IMG/VR virus record: IMGVR_UViG_3300014205_000001
Coordinates: 1 to 64,000 of that record
Reading direction: 5' to 3' (one strand)
Source of the DNA: a virus
Taxonomy: Duplodnaviria > Heunggongvirae > Uroviricota > Caudoviricetes
DNA length: 64,000 bases
The position numbers and the translations under genes were made by a program. Each line of letters starts with the position of its first letter. Position 1 is the stretch's first letter. Of this stretch, positions 45,941 to 56,241 are shown one piece after another. The notes beneath the pieces are model-generated. The model searched no databases. It was not told the origin of the DNA and worked only from the letters and a program-made list of their open reading frames with translations.

Positions 45941-47062
45941 TTATCCTACTTGTATTATTGTTTCAGTATTATTATCTATTAGGTATTGTACATCACCATC
46001 AGGTCCACCAACGTTGTTAGTCATTAAAGATTTATGTAAAGTAATAGTTAATGTATTACCTGATAAATTAAAGACACTGTTATTCGCTGCAGAAATACCT
46101 AAATTTCGACATTCACTAATATTTAATGAAGTTAAATTTGTAGCACCTGAAACTAAAGGTCCGATAATTGTGCGGCATTTTGGAAATGATGCAGATGTTA
46201 ATAATAAAGCATTTGAAAAATTAGATGCTCCTAAATAATGACATTCAGGTAATGAAATTGATGTTAATAAAGGTACAGTAGTAAAAGCTGAAGCACCAAT
46301 ATATCTACAAAAAGGTAAAGAAACGGAAGTTATTGCTGCGCATAAATCAAAGACAGTATCTAAAAGTGTACGACAATAAGGTAAATTAATAGTAGCTAAT
46401 GAAGTACAACCACTGAATGCTGCAGATGATATAGTCACACATTGTGGGAAATTAATAGAAGTTAATGACGTGCAATTTTGAAATGCATTGTTCATAATTG
46501 TTGTTAGTAAAGGTGCATTAACTGTTGTTAATGCTGTACAACCTGAAAATGTTGATGCAGAAATTGCTTTACACATAGGTAAATTTAATGTCGTTAATGA
46601 TGTACAACCTAAAAATGCTGATGCAATAAACATAACAGCTTTTGATAAATTTACTGAAGTTAATGATGTACAACCTTGTACTGAATTACCACCAACAAAT
46701 ACACATCTAGCTAAATTTAATGTAGTCAATGCTGTACAATTAATAATTGCACTACCACCAATATTTGTTACTGCATTTAAATCCAGAGTTGTTAATATTG
46801 TACAACCTGAAAATGCTGTACCGTTTAATTGAACAACTTGTGATTCGTCATCTACAAAAGAAATTAAATGTGTATTATTTGCAAATATACTTGTTTTGAG
46901 TGTTATACCTTTTGCACCATGTAATGTTACTACATTGCCTAATACATTTACACTTTTTATTAAACTTCCATTTGCTGTACCTGATTGTAATGTAAAAAAA
47001 GCATTCCAACCTGCTACATCCGATGCGGGTGCGTTTACTATATTATCGTATGTTAAAATCAT
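45941..47062 (-). CDS. BspA-type leucine-rich repeat (LRR_5) protein
   Basis: ~22-aa repeats AFSGCTSLTSINLP.C..I. Confidence 0.88.
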   Translation of the reverse strand: MILTYDNIVNAPASDVAGWNAFFTLQSGTANGSLIKSVNVLGNVVTLHGAKGITLKTSIFANNTHLISFVDDESQVVQLNGTAFSGCTILTTLDLNAVTNIGGSAIINCTALTTLNLARCVFVGGNSVQGCTSLTSVNLSKAVMFIASAFLGCTSLTTLNLPMCKAISASTFSGCTALTTVNAPLLTTIMNNAFQNCTSLTSINFPQCVTISSAAFSGCTSLATINLPYCRTLLDTVFDLCAAITSVSLPFCRYIGASAFTTVPLLTSISLPECHYLGASNFSNALLLTSASFPKCRTIIGPLVSGATNLTSLNISECRNLGISAANNSVFNLSGNTLTITLHKSLMTNNVGGPDGDVQYLIDNNTETIIQVG

Positions 47063-47063
47063 A

Positions 47064-48767
47064 TTATATAATTGTTACTGTATTATTTGTTTGTAAATAT
47101 TGAATATCACCATCAGGCGCACTTGAATTATTTGTTAATAAAGTTGCTTTAACTTTTAATGTAATAGTATTTGCTATATTCCCACTAAAAATTGTATTAT
47201 CACCTACTGTTGTACCTAAAGTTTTGCAATTAGAAATATCAATGTAATTGATACTATTTGAGGTTGAAAAACATGAATTAGGTATTGATTCGCATAAAGG
47301 TAATTCGATTCTTTGAAGTGACACACAGCTTTGTGCAGCTGCACCTGTAATAGATACACATTTAGGTAATTTTAATTCATGTAATGAATAACATGCTGCA
47401 AAAGTAGTACCAGTAAGAATTGTACATTTAGGAAGAGATACATTTGTTAACGCTAAACAAGATGTGAAAGCTCCTGTTACAGTTGTACATTCAGGTAAAA
47501 CGATATTTGTCAATGCAAAATTTTCATGAAATAATGAATCACCTGTCATTGTTACTAACTTAGGTAAATTAATTGTAGTTAATCCCCACATTTGATAGAA
47601 GCCATTTAATGCTGCATTCGTACATTCCGGTAAATCAATTTCAAATAATAAAGGACTTTGGAAAAAAGCGCTTTGTATTATTGTAGTTAATTTAGGCAAA
47701 TATACACTTGTGCACATATAACATCTACTTATTGCACCTTGACCTAAACTAATACATTCAGGTAATATAACTTCTTTTAATGAGACACATAAGCTAAAAG
47801 CATTCAAACCTACAGTTGTAACTTTAGGGAAATTTATTGTTTCAATAGATGAACAATTTAAAAATGCACTTGTACCTAATATTTCACAATTAGGCATTTC
47901 TACTCTAAGTAAACTATAACAACGATTAAAATCTGCTGAAGATTTAATTTTAGGTAAATATACAAATTCTAATGAATGACAATCTACAAAAGTATTTACA
48001 CCTGTTATTAATTCAGGCATGTTAATTGTTGTTAATCCTGTGCAACCTGAAAAACTAGCATTAGTTGAAATTACTTTAGGAAAATTTATTGAAACTAAAC
48101 TTAGACAATTAGTAAAACTTGCGGCAATCGTAATACATTTAGGAAAATCAATTGAACTTAATACACCACAGGTATTAAAAGCGGATGCAGCAATACTTAA
48201 ACATGCAGGAAATTTAGTAGTAGTTAATATTGTACAACCTGAAAATGATGATACACCAATAGCTGTAATACATGCTGCATAATCAATGCATGAAATTAAA
48301 TTTACATTATTTAAGAATAAATTTAATTTAGTTGTAATATTTGCACCACCGTATAATCGAACAGTATTACCTATTACTTGCACACGTGTGAATGCAGTAC
48401 CTAAAGTTGGTAAATTAAACAAAGTATTCCAATTGGCTAAACTTGTTGCAGATGCGACAGGAACGTTTGAAATATTATTCCATATTAATTCTAAATATCT
48501 ACCTTTATTAAAAGGTACTGAATTGGAAGGAGCTAAAGAATTATCTTGATATAGAGGAGAAACAATTACTGTATCGCCATTAATTATCCGTCCTAAATCA
48601 CGATCATATATTTCGTTACTAGGATTAAACGTAGAAGCAGTTGTGATAGTAACTAATTCGTTACTGCTACTAATATCAGTAGCTACAGGTTTTTTAAAAA
48701 ATTCAATTTTACTACCACTCCAAATTGATTGATAAGCATAGTTTAAATATTTAAGTTTAGTTTTCAT
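47064..48767 (-). CDS. BspA-type leucine-rich repeat (LRR_5) protein with N-terminal adaptor domain
   Basis: repeats F..C.SL..I.LP.C; N-terminal ~85 aa similar to 58115 ORF. Confidence 0.88.
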   Translation of the reverse strand: MKTKLKYLNYAYQSIWSGSKIEFFKKPVATDISSSNELVTITTASTFNPSNEIYDRDLGRIINGDTVIVSPLYQDNSLAPSNSVPFNKGRYLELIWNNISNVPVASATSLANWNTLFNLPTLGTAFTRVQVIGNTVRLYGGANITTKLNLFLNNVNLISCIDYAACITAIGVSSFSGCTILTTTKFPACLSIAASAFNTCGVLSSIDFPKCITIAASFTNCLSLVSINFPKVISTNASFSGCTGLTTINMPELITGVNTFVDCHSLEFVYLPKIKSSADFNRCYSLLRVEMPNCEILGTSAFLNCSSIETINFPKVTTVGLNAFSLCVSLKEVILPECISLGQGAISRCYMCTSVYLPKLTTIIQSAFFQSPLLFEIDLPECTNAALNGFYQMWGLTTINLPKLVTMTGDSLFHENFALTNIVLPECTTVTGAFTSCLALTNVSLPKCTILTGTTFAACYSLHELKLPKCVSITGAAAQSCVSLQRIELPLCESIPNSCFSTSNSINYIDISNCKTLGTTVGDNTIFSGNIANTITLKVKATLLTNNSSAPDGDIQYLQTNNTVTII

Positions 48768-48781
48768 TATAGTATATATTT

Positions 48782-49288
48782 TTAATTATATTTTATAGTT
48801 ACTTTATCAGTTGTTTCTAAAATATATTCTGCGTTATCTTTCCAATTAAATACTGTTTGAATCCCGCTTATAGCAATTTGTGCAGTATAAAATTCTTTGG
48901 GTACAAACACACCGTTCACATATACTGCATGTGTTAGTGTCACAACAATCGGAATTGTGATATTGAATGAAACATTTATTGTACTATTACTAGGTGGGTT
49001 AAATGAATATTCTAATTGAGCAACCACAGGTGGAGCTATCGCGGAACCTAATTTGATTAATTCTTGACGTAAAAGTAAATGTGCTGCTTTACAGTCATCG
49101 CTACTACTAAAATCTAAACTAATTGTTTGTGATTCTGATTGTTGTTTAATATAAATCAATACACCTTCTTGACGAATTGTACACGTCGGATCACGAATAA
49201 TATGTGCAAGTTGTCCACTTACATTACGTATTTTAATGATTTTGTCACCTGGATTTACAGATAAAAGAAAGTTTTGACTACTGAACAT
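48782..49288 (-). CDS. putative virion protein
   Basis: 168 aa in structural cluster. Confidence 0.5.
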   Translation of the reverse strand: MFSSQNFLLSVNPGDKIIKIRNVSGQLAHIIRDPTCTIRQEGVLIYIKQQSESQTISLDFSSSDDCKAAHLLLRQELIKLGSAIAPPVVAQLEYSFNPPSNSTINVSFNITIPIVVTLTHAVYVNGVFVPKEFYTAQIAISGIQTVFNWKDNAEYILETTDKVTIKYN

Positions 49289-49289
49289 A

Positions 49290-50963
49290 TTATGCTGAAA
49301 CTGTTAATGCTATATTTTTTGTTGTTGTATTGGAACCACTATCAACCATTACAAAACGTACTGTATAAGAACCTGTAGCAGTAATTGCACCAATTGGTGC
49401 ACTAACGTTATCTAAAAATATAACATCGCTTGTTAATACTGTCATTGGACCATCAATATCATCAATTACTGATACTATAAATCTTGAAATCGCATCTGCT
49501 TTAGAGAATGTACCTAAGTAAGAAGCTAATGATAATGTAGCTGTTAATGCAGGTAATGTAACATGACTTGTAAATTTAATTTCAGGTGCTGAGTTAACTC
49601 CTGTATCACCTGCATATAAAGTTAATGTTTGTACAGTTGTATTTGTATCACTATCTGTAACAGAGAATGTTACTGTATACGTACCTTCAGTTGTAATATT
49701 TGCAACAGTAGTTCCATAAATATTTTTAAAGACAACTGATACGGAACTTAAAGGAATGAAATTATCTTCATCATCTGTTACATTCAAGATCGCTAATACT
49801 TTAGCATCATTCGCTGTAAAATTATGTGAATAAGAAATAATATTAATTGGATTAATTACACCACTTACAACGTTTGGATTGAATACGAAAATTGGATTCG
49901 GATTAGTTGGAACAGTGGCTTGTGCGTCAATTGTCACAGTCTGAGTTACTACGTTATCAGCTAAATCACTAATTGCGATTACTGCTGTATAATCACCAGG
50001 TGCAGCAATAGTTACTAAATCTGTATTATTAATGTCTTTAAACGTAATATTGGCAGGGATTGCAACAATTACACCATCGCGAGCATCTGAGACAGATGCG
50101 ATTGCTTCAGTAATAAAATTAGCTTTTGTGAAATTTGAAGGGAAATCACTCATATCAATTGTAATTTCACCACCAGTAACATTACCTGTATAAGTTATAA
50201 CTGGTGCAGTTGTATCTACAGCTGTAGGCAATGCTCTTGTACTTGGGTCTAATAATACCCAATTGATTGCTGAAAGTGCTTGTAATGTATCATATTCAGA
50301 TATAAAATCTAATACTATATTGTTGTCACTAGCTTCATCGATGATGACACGATTTTGTCCAATCGGACGACTTACATTAATCACGTCAGCTATATCGACA
50401 GTAGTTACAAGTTCATCATCAGAATTAAAAAATGCAAAAATACCTGAAGCTACTTCATTAAAAGTATGTACATCATCGTATGTTAAACCATTTAAATAAA
50501 TAAATGCACCTGAATCGTTTAAATAATCGTTGCTTAATGCACCAATTAAAATATCCAAAGTTACTGTTGCATCAGGATTGGGATTATCAATTAAAATATT
50601 AGGAATTGGATTACTACTAGTTCCTGTAAACATTAACATAGAAGTAAAACTCCATTTTGCGTCAGCTGATGGTTGAAATTTCCATTTCAAATAATTTTTT
50701 GTTACGTCAGCTGAATTATAACTTGCGTATATTGCAATAAATGTTGTTTTGATTCCTAACATCGCTGATGATAGGATATAATTTGTCTGTCCCTTTGGTA
50801 AAACTACCTGAACACGTTGATATTGTTCATAAGGTACTTTAACTTGACATAACGCCATTGTTGATAAAGTATTTGCACCCGAAAACACTTTTAAATCGGT
50901 ACTTTGAAATCTGATATTCTTCAGAACGGGTTGAAAGATGGAATTTGATGAAAATATTGTCAT
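49290..50963 (-). CDS. virion protein with tandem Ig-like domains
   Basis: DTTAPVIT...DARDG...PGDYT, GTYTVTFSVTDS, GSYTVRFVMVDS repeats. Confidence 0.7.
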   Translation of the reverse strand: MTIFSSNSIFQPVLKNIRFQSTDLKVFSGANTLSTMALCQVKVPYEQYQRVQVVLPKGQTNYILSSAMLGIKTTFIAIYASYNSADVTKNYLKWKFQPSADAKWSFTSMLMFTGTSSNPIPNILIDNPNPDATVTLDILIGALSNDYLNDSGAFIYLNGLTYDDVHTFNEVASGIFAFFNSDDELVTTVDIADVINVSRPIGQNRVIIDEASDNNIVLDFISEYDTLQALSAINWVLLDPSTRALPTAVDTTAPVITYTGNVTGGEITIDMSDFPSNFTKANFITEAIASVSDARDGVIVAIPANITFKDINNTDLVTIAAPGDYTAVIAISDLADNVVTQTVTIDAQATVPTNPNPIFVFNPNVVSGVINPINIISYSHNFTANDAKVLAILNVTDDEDNFIPLSSVSVVFKNIYGTTVANITTEGTYTVTFSVTDSDTNTTVQTLTLYAGDTGVNSAPEIKFTSHVTLPALTATLSLASYLGTFSKADAISRFIVSVIDDIDGPMTVLTSDVIFLDNVSAPIGAITATGSYTVRFVMVDSGSNTTTKNIALTVSA

Positions 50964-51035
50964 ATTTTATATATTATAAATCAATGATAGCTAACCTAAA
51001 TATTTTAATATATACTATAAATACAAATTTTTGAT

Positions 51036-51569
51036 ATGAAAAATGTCACTGAGACTACTGTAAATTATACAAGCAGTTTAAAAACAAATACTTCTGTTGA
51101 AGAAATTTCTAATGTTAAATTTAAATATGACATTAAATGTTTTGATGCTGAAGGTAATTTAAAATGGGAAGAACAAATTCACAATTTAGTTACAACAGTA
51201 GGAAAAAACGATTTAATCGATAAATATTTCAAGGGTAGTGCTTATACTGCGACTTGGTTTTTAGGATTAAAAGGTACAGGAACTGCTGTCGTTGGTGATA
51301 CTTTAGCATCTCATGGTGGATGGGCAGAAGTTAATCCGTACGCTGGTAACAGACCTGCAATTACTTTTGGTACAACATCAGCTGGGAGCAATACAGCAAC
51401 TTTAATTAGTTACACAATCAATGGTTCTGCAACTTGTGCAGGTGCGTTTATTTGTTCTGTAAATACTGGTACATCTGGTATTTTATATTCAGCAGCTGAT
51501 TTTTCTGTTTCTCGTGCAGTTATCAGTGGTGATACTTTACAAGTAACACCAACTGTAACAATGACATAA
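51036..51569 (+). CDS. putative virion/tail protein
   Basis: HNLVTTVGKN...GILYSAADFSVSRAVISGDTLQVT pattern. Confidence 0.6.
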   Translation: MKNVTETTVNYTSSLKTNTSVEEISNVKFKYDIKCFDAEGNLKWEEQIHNLVTTVGKNDLIDKYFKGSAYTATWFLGLKGTGTAVVGDTLASHGGWAEVNPYAGNRPAITFGTTSAGSNTATLISYTINGSATCAGAFICSVNTGTSGILYSAADFSVSRAVISGDTLQVTPTVTMT

Positions 51570-51591
51570 TTTTAATTTTTAAAACAATACT

Positions 51592-53739
51592 ATGCGTAGA
51601 TCAATTGAACAACTTGTCACAACCCCGTCGACATTAAATTATTTAAATGAAAGTGCTTATGATTCTACTAAATGGAATTTAGGAAGAGGAATAGTATATA
51701 ATAATGGTGGAACAGCTATTGATAAATATGTCGCACCTCATTTTGATGCTATTCGTCCTATGGAAGAAAGTACAGCCTTTCCTGTAGTTTATGCATTTCC
51801 TTATAATTTTTCATCTACAACAACATATCTATTTGGTGTTGAAAATAATACAACTGCTGCTGCAACTCGTCGTGTTCATTTATGGACAGTAAATCGCAAA
51901 ACAGGAGCTCGATCATGGAACGGCTATATTACACTTACTTTAGGTTCGGCAACTGCACATACTGTTAGAGATTTTAAAATAGATGTAAAGAATGAAGCTG
52001 TAGGTACTGTTGCTGTTTCAGGTACTGCTGTAACTGGTACATCTACACAATTTGCAACTAATCGTGTTGCTGTTGGTGCAAGAATTGGTTTTGGTTCTAC
52101 AGACCCAACACAAATATCTACATGGTATCGTATTTCGGCTCGTGCATCTGATACAGGAATTACTTTAGGTTCCAGTGCAGGTACAATTGGTGCAGGTACG
52201 CCTTACGTGATTCAAGAATTTCGTCCTATTTATATTGCAACAAATGCAACAGGTACAAATGGAGGCGTACATTACGCAAAAGGTATTTCAATTGAAGATT
52301 TTGTAGGTGGTGCTGGAACAACGATTTCTTTAGCAGTTGCGACAGATGATCTTAAAGCAGTATACTGGTTAAAAGATGCTTCAACTGTATTAAATATTAC
52401 TGCTGCTGGTGCAGCTTGTGATTTTGCCGCTGCAACTCCTACAACGTTGACAACTTACGTTTTAGATTTAGTATCAGCAGGTAACTATAAAATATTCACA
52501 TATAATTTACGTGCAGCATTAACTGTTGCATCAGGTATAACTACTAGTGCATTTGTTCTGGCAACTGGTAATCAAGCCTTTACGGGTACAGGTTCACAAA
52601 ATAGCAATTTAGCAATTGGTACTGCAGGTCATGGTACAGGAAACGGTGTGAAATCAGTTTACTTTGTAAGTACAACTCGTGTAATGCGTGCAGCTGTTTC
52701 ATTAATAACAAATGGTTCAACAACTTGGAGAAGTGATGAAATTATTGAAATTACGCCAGGTGGCGCTTCAACTTATGCTGTGACAGGTGCATTATCCACT
52801 ATTGAATATATGAGTAGCAACGATACATTTATAATTGGAAGTACACATTCTGGAGGTAACTTTTCTTATGTGACTCAATATGTCGCTTCAGGTGCTCAAT
52901 TTGGTCGAATGTTTGGACGTGATTTTAAATATTTAGAACAATCTTTAAAAGACAATAACGCTCCTACAATATTTTCTAATCAAACTACTGTATGTGCTTA
53001 TGTTGATGCGGGTGGAAATTCTTTATATGTTGTAAAACAAGGTACAACTATTACAACTAATCATATCTATATTATGGCTTTTGGTGCTGATATGGATTAC
53101 GCAGCTACAACTCAAGGTCGTTTAATTTCACCTGAAATTCTTACTCCTAATGCACTTAAATATTATAGAGGTTTTGCAAATCATATTTGTTATTTAGGTA
53201 ATAATTCATTAGGTAAAACTTTAGAAACATATCGTATATATGCAAGAACTGCAAATATTACAACTGATGATACTACAGGTTGGACATTAATTGATGCTGC
53301 AAATGATTTATCAGCATTTGCGGGTGCAGCTTCAATTCAATTCGCAATTGAATTTAAAACAATAGGTGAAGTTTGTACACCATCCCGTATTTTAGGACTT
53401 AACTTAGAATATGAAGATAACACAACTGCAAGTCAATATGCATTATCAGTAGGTAAATCAGATTTAGCTAATAAACGATTTGCATTCTGGTTTAAAACAG
53501 CATTTGGTGGCACTGTTCCTAATTTACGTATATCATTATATAATGCTGCAACAGGTGGTTTATTAGTAACTGATACGTCAGCAGCTGCTGCAAATGGTAC
53601 TTGGGAAAAAACAACTGATGGTTCTTCATGGTCAGCATATAATACAACTGATCGTGGTAATGCAACAACTTGGATTCGGTTTACACCTACAAGTATTGCA
53701 GATAACATTCAAGTTGAAGCATATTTAACTCTTGCATAA
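51592..53739 (+). CDS. putative tail fibre/appendage protein
   Basis: 715 aa, T/G/A-rich; GTVAVSGTAVTGTSTQF fibre-like motif. Confidence 0.6.
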   Translation: MRRSIEQLVTTPSTLNYLNESAYDSTKWNLGRGIVYNNGGTAIDKYVAPHFDAIRPMEESTAFPVVYAFPYNFSSTTTYLFGVENNTTAAATRRVHLWTVNRKTGARSWNGYITLTLGSATAHTVRDFKIDVKNEAVGTVAVSGTAVTGTSTQFATNRVAVGARIGFGSTDPTQISTWYRISARASDTGITLGSSAGTIGAGTPYVIQEFRPIYIATNATGTNGGVHYAKGISIEDFVGGAGTTISLAVATDDLKAVYWLKDASTVLNITAAGAACDFAAATPTTLTTYVLDLVSAGNYKIFTYNLRAALTVASGITTSAFVLATGNQAFTGTGSQNSNLAIGTAGHGTGNGVKSVYFVSTTRVMRAAVSLITNGSTTWRSDEIIEITPGGASTYAVTGALSTIEYMSSNDTFIIGSTHSGGNFSYVTQYVASGAQFGRMFGRDFKYLEQSLKDNNAPTIFSNQTTVCAYVDAGGNSLYVVKQGTTITTNHIYIMAFGADMDYAATTQGRLISPEILTPNALKYYRGFANHICYLGNNSLGKTLETYRIYARTANITTDDTTGWTLIDAANDLSAFAGAASIQFAIEFKTIGEVCTPSRILGLNLEYEDNTTASQYALSVGKSDLANKRFAFWFKTAFGGTVPNLRISLYNAATGGLLVTDTSAAAANGTWEKTTDGSSWSAYNTTDRGNATTWIRFTPTSIADNIQVEAYLTLA

Positions 53740-53901
53740 TGCCAATTGATGATATTGTAGGACATCCTACAGAACCTGGAGAAGGACAAATACAAAGAGG
53801 TAACATCGGTACAGTAACTGATGTTGTAGCAACACAACTAAATACTGAAGAACTGGGTAGTAAACAATTACCTAAACCCACATTACTTATCGCATTATAA
53901 T

Positions 53902-54213
53902 ATGGCAGCACCCTATAATCCACCTAACAAAAATCAAGACTTTCTAATACGTATCGCATTGGAAGATTTCACTAATCCAGGTAGTTTTAAAGCTAATCCT
54001 ACAATTGCTGCTGGTGATTTTAAAGTTACAATTGATGGTGCAGCATTGACAAATTTATCTACATTACCTTCAGTAAGTCCTGCCGGTTCAATTTTAGTAC
54101 TATTAACTTTAAGTGCTGCTGAAATGAATGGTGACGTTATTACAATCGTAGGTATTGATCAAACTTCTCCTAAAGAATGGAGTGATTTCGTTATCAGTAT
54201 TCCAACAACTTAA
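53902..54213 (+). CDS. putative virion protein
   Basis: 103-aa ORF in structural cluster. Confidence 0.55.
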   Translation: MAAPYNPPNKNQDFLIRIALEDFTNPGSFKANPTIAAGDFKVTIDGAALTNLSTLPSVSPAGSILVLLTLSAAEMNGDVITIVGIDQTSPKEWSDFVISIPTT

Positions 54214-54255
54214 TCGTATTAATTTGGATATTGTATAATATATAATATATCCAAC

Positions 54256-56238
54256 ATGGCGTACATTAAGATACTTTTTAAACAAGGCTCAACATCTTCC
54301 TTCACAACTTATTCTGAAACTATTACAGAATCAGTTGCAACCTCTGATGCAGTATCTTCATCAGCAACATTAATTAATACTTTAGCTGAAACTGTAGCAT
54401 TAACAGATTCAAATGCTAGCACAGTAGTATATCCTAATATTATCAACGAATCAGTTACTTTAAGTGATTCTGAAACATGTAACCTTATATTACCTAATAC
54501 TTTACTTGCTACTGTTACAGTAACTGATTCACATGCAAGTATTGGAACCTTGAATAATATCTTAACAGAATCTGTTGTGACAAGTGATTCTGAATTATCA
54601 GTTGCAACGTTTGTTAATACTTTAAATCAATCTGTCGCAACAACAGATTCTCATGTAAATACTGCTATTTTTCCGAATACTTTAAATCAATCTGTTGCTG
54701 TAACTGATTCATTAATAGGTAACAAAATTACATCTGATTTGTTTACTGAAACTGTAAATCTTACACATTCATTTACTAGTATCATTACTTCAATCAATAC
54801 ATTGTTAGAAAGTGTGTCGGTTACTGATTCACTTAACAGTCTTAGTATTTTATCTAACTTATTAAACGAAACTGTATCTTTAACTGATACATTATTACAT
54901 AATCATGTATTAAATAATTTATTACAAGAAACTATAACTACATCTGAATTTTTAAATATAGGTACAATTATTAATTCATCTTTAACTGAAACAATTACTG
55001 CTACTGATAATCAAAATAGCGTACTAATTTCAAATACGATTTATGACGAATATATTACGGAAACAGTAAATACTTCACACTCGTTTACTTCATCGACAAT
55101 ATTCAATAATACAATAAGTGAAACAATTAATAATACTGATACTGTCACAGGAACATCTACAATGAACAACGCTGTAGTCGAAAATGTCAATGTGTCTGAT
55201 TCATTCCAACATAATACTATATTATCAAATGTTATTTTAGAAAACTTATCATTGTCTACTAATTTTTTATCTACTATATTATTTAACTTAACGATTAATG
55301 AAACAACATCGTTATCTGATAGTTACATAAATACGAATACAGTTGCTGCAGTTATTGTAGAAAACGTTAATGTAAGTGAAACAGTTAATTCATCTGTAAT
55401 TTTTTCTAATACAATAAGTGAATCAACGTTACTTACATCAAATTGTACTTATTTAATTGTTTTAGAAGAATTTATTAATGAAACATTGAATGCAACTGAT
55501 TCTTTAAATTCAATTGCGACATATAACAATTTAATGAATTATGCAACATCGTTATCAGATGTTGTAAATCCTGGTTTATTATATCGTTATCGTATGCATG
55601 AAATAATTTATCCTACGTCTAAATTTAAACCAGGAGTAATATCAAACAGAAGTATTACAGAATATGTATTACCTACACATTCAAATAAAACAATGAACAA
55701 TGTTTATTCTGAAACTATTACAAGTTCTGTTTCAGCAACAGATAGTATAGTAGGAGGTAAATTATATCAAAATGATATTCATGAATATATGCTTCCAAAT
55801 CATTCATTTACTTCTAAATTTACTTTACCAAATACTAAAATGAATACAATTGTAACAATGAATGATAGTGATAATATAAATTTATCACTTAAATTCAGTA
55901 TAATTAATTGTAGTTTAAATAAACATTATCAATCTGTAATAATTCAACATAATCAACCTTTGATAAACATATCCATATTAACCGAATTTACTGAAAACAT
56001 TAATCAAAATTCAGCAAATTATTTAAAAAGTGAATATAGATGGTCATTTGATTTAATTACATGGTCAAAATTTGTACCCACGTTTAAAGACATGCGTAAT
56101 TTTCCTAAAGTGAATTTAGGTAAAAAAATATGGTTGCAAATTAGATATACTGCTGTAATTTCTAGTACTCAGCCCTATTCAATTAAATTAAATGAAATAA
56201 ACATTAAAGGGATTCGTAAAGCAATCTCTAATATATAA
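54256..56238 (+). CDS. repeat-rich fibre-like protein (~20-aa tandem repeats)
   Basis: E(S/T)V..(T/S)D unit every ~20 residues over most of the length. Confidence 0.7.
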   Translation: MAYIKILFKQGSTSSFTTYSETITESVATSDAVSSSATLINTLAETVALTDSNASTVVYPNIINESVTLSDSETCNLILPNTLLATVTVTDSHASIGTLNNILTESVVTSDSELSVATFVNTLNQSVATTDSHVNTAIFPNTLNQSVAVTDSLIGNKITSDLFTETVNLTHSFTSIITSINTLLESVSVTDSLNSLSILSNLLNETVSLTDTLLHNHVLNNLLQETITTSEFLNIGTIINSSLTETITATDNQNSVLISNTIYDEYITETVNTSHSFTSSTIFNNTISETINNTDTVTGTSTMNNAVVENVNVSDSFQHNTILSNVILENLSLSTNFLSTILFNLTINETTSLSDSYINTNTVAAVIVENVNVSETVNSSVIFSNTISESTLLTSNCTYLIVLEEFINETLNATDSLNSIATYNNLMNYATSLSDVVNPGLLYRYRMHEIIYPTSKFKPGVISNRSITEYVLPTHSNKTMNNVYSETITSSVSATDSIVGGKLYQNDIHEYMLPNHSFTSKFTLPNTKMNTIVTMNDSDNINLSLKFSIINCSLNKHYQSVIIQHNQPLINISILTEFTENINQNSANYLKSEYRWSFDLITWSKFVPTFKDMRNFPKVNLGKKIWLQIRYTAVISSTQPYSIKLNEINIKGIRKAISNI

Positions 56239-56241
56239 ACT

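Noticed and set aside
45941-48767. Diversity-generating retroelement target or CRISPR-like repeats in LRR genes
   Set aside because: Repeats are degenerate protein-level LRRs; no reverse transcriptase, TR/VR pair or identical spaced repeats are visible.
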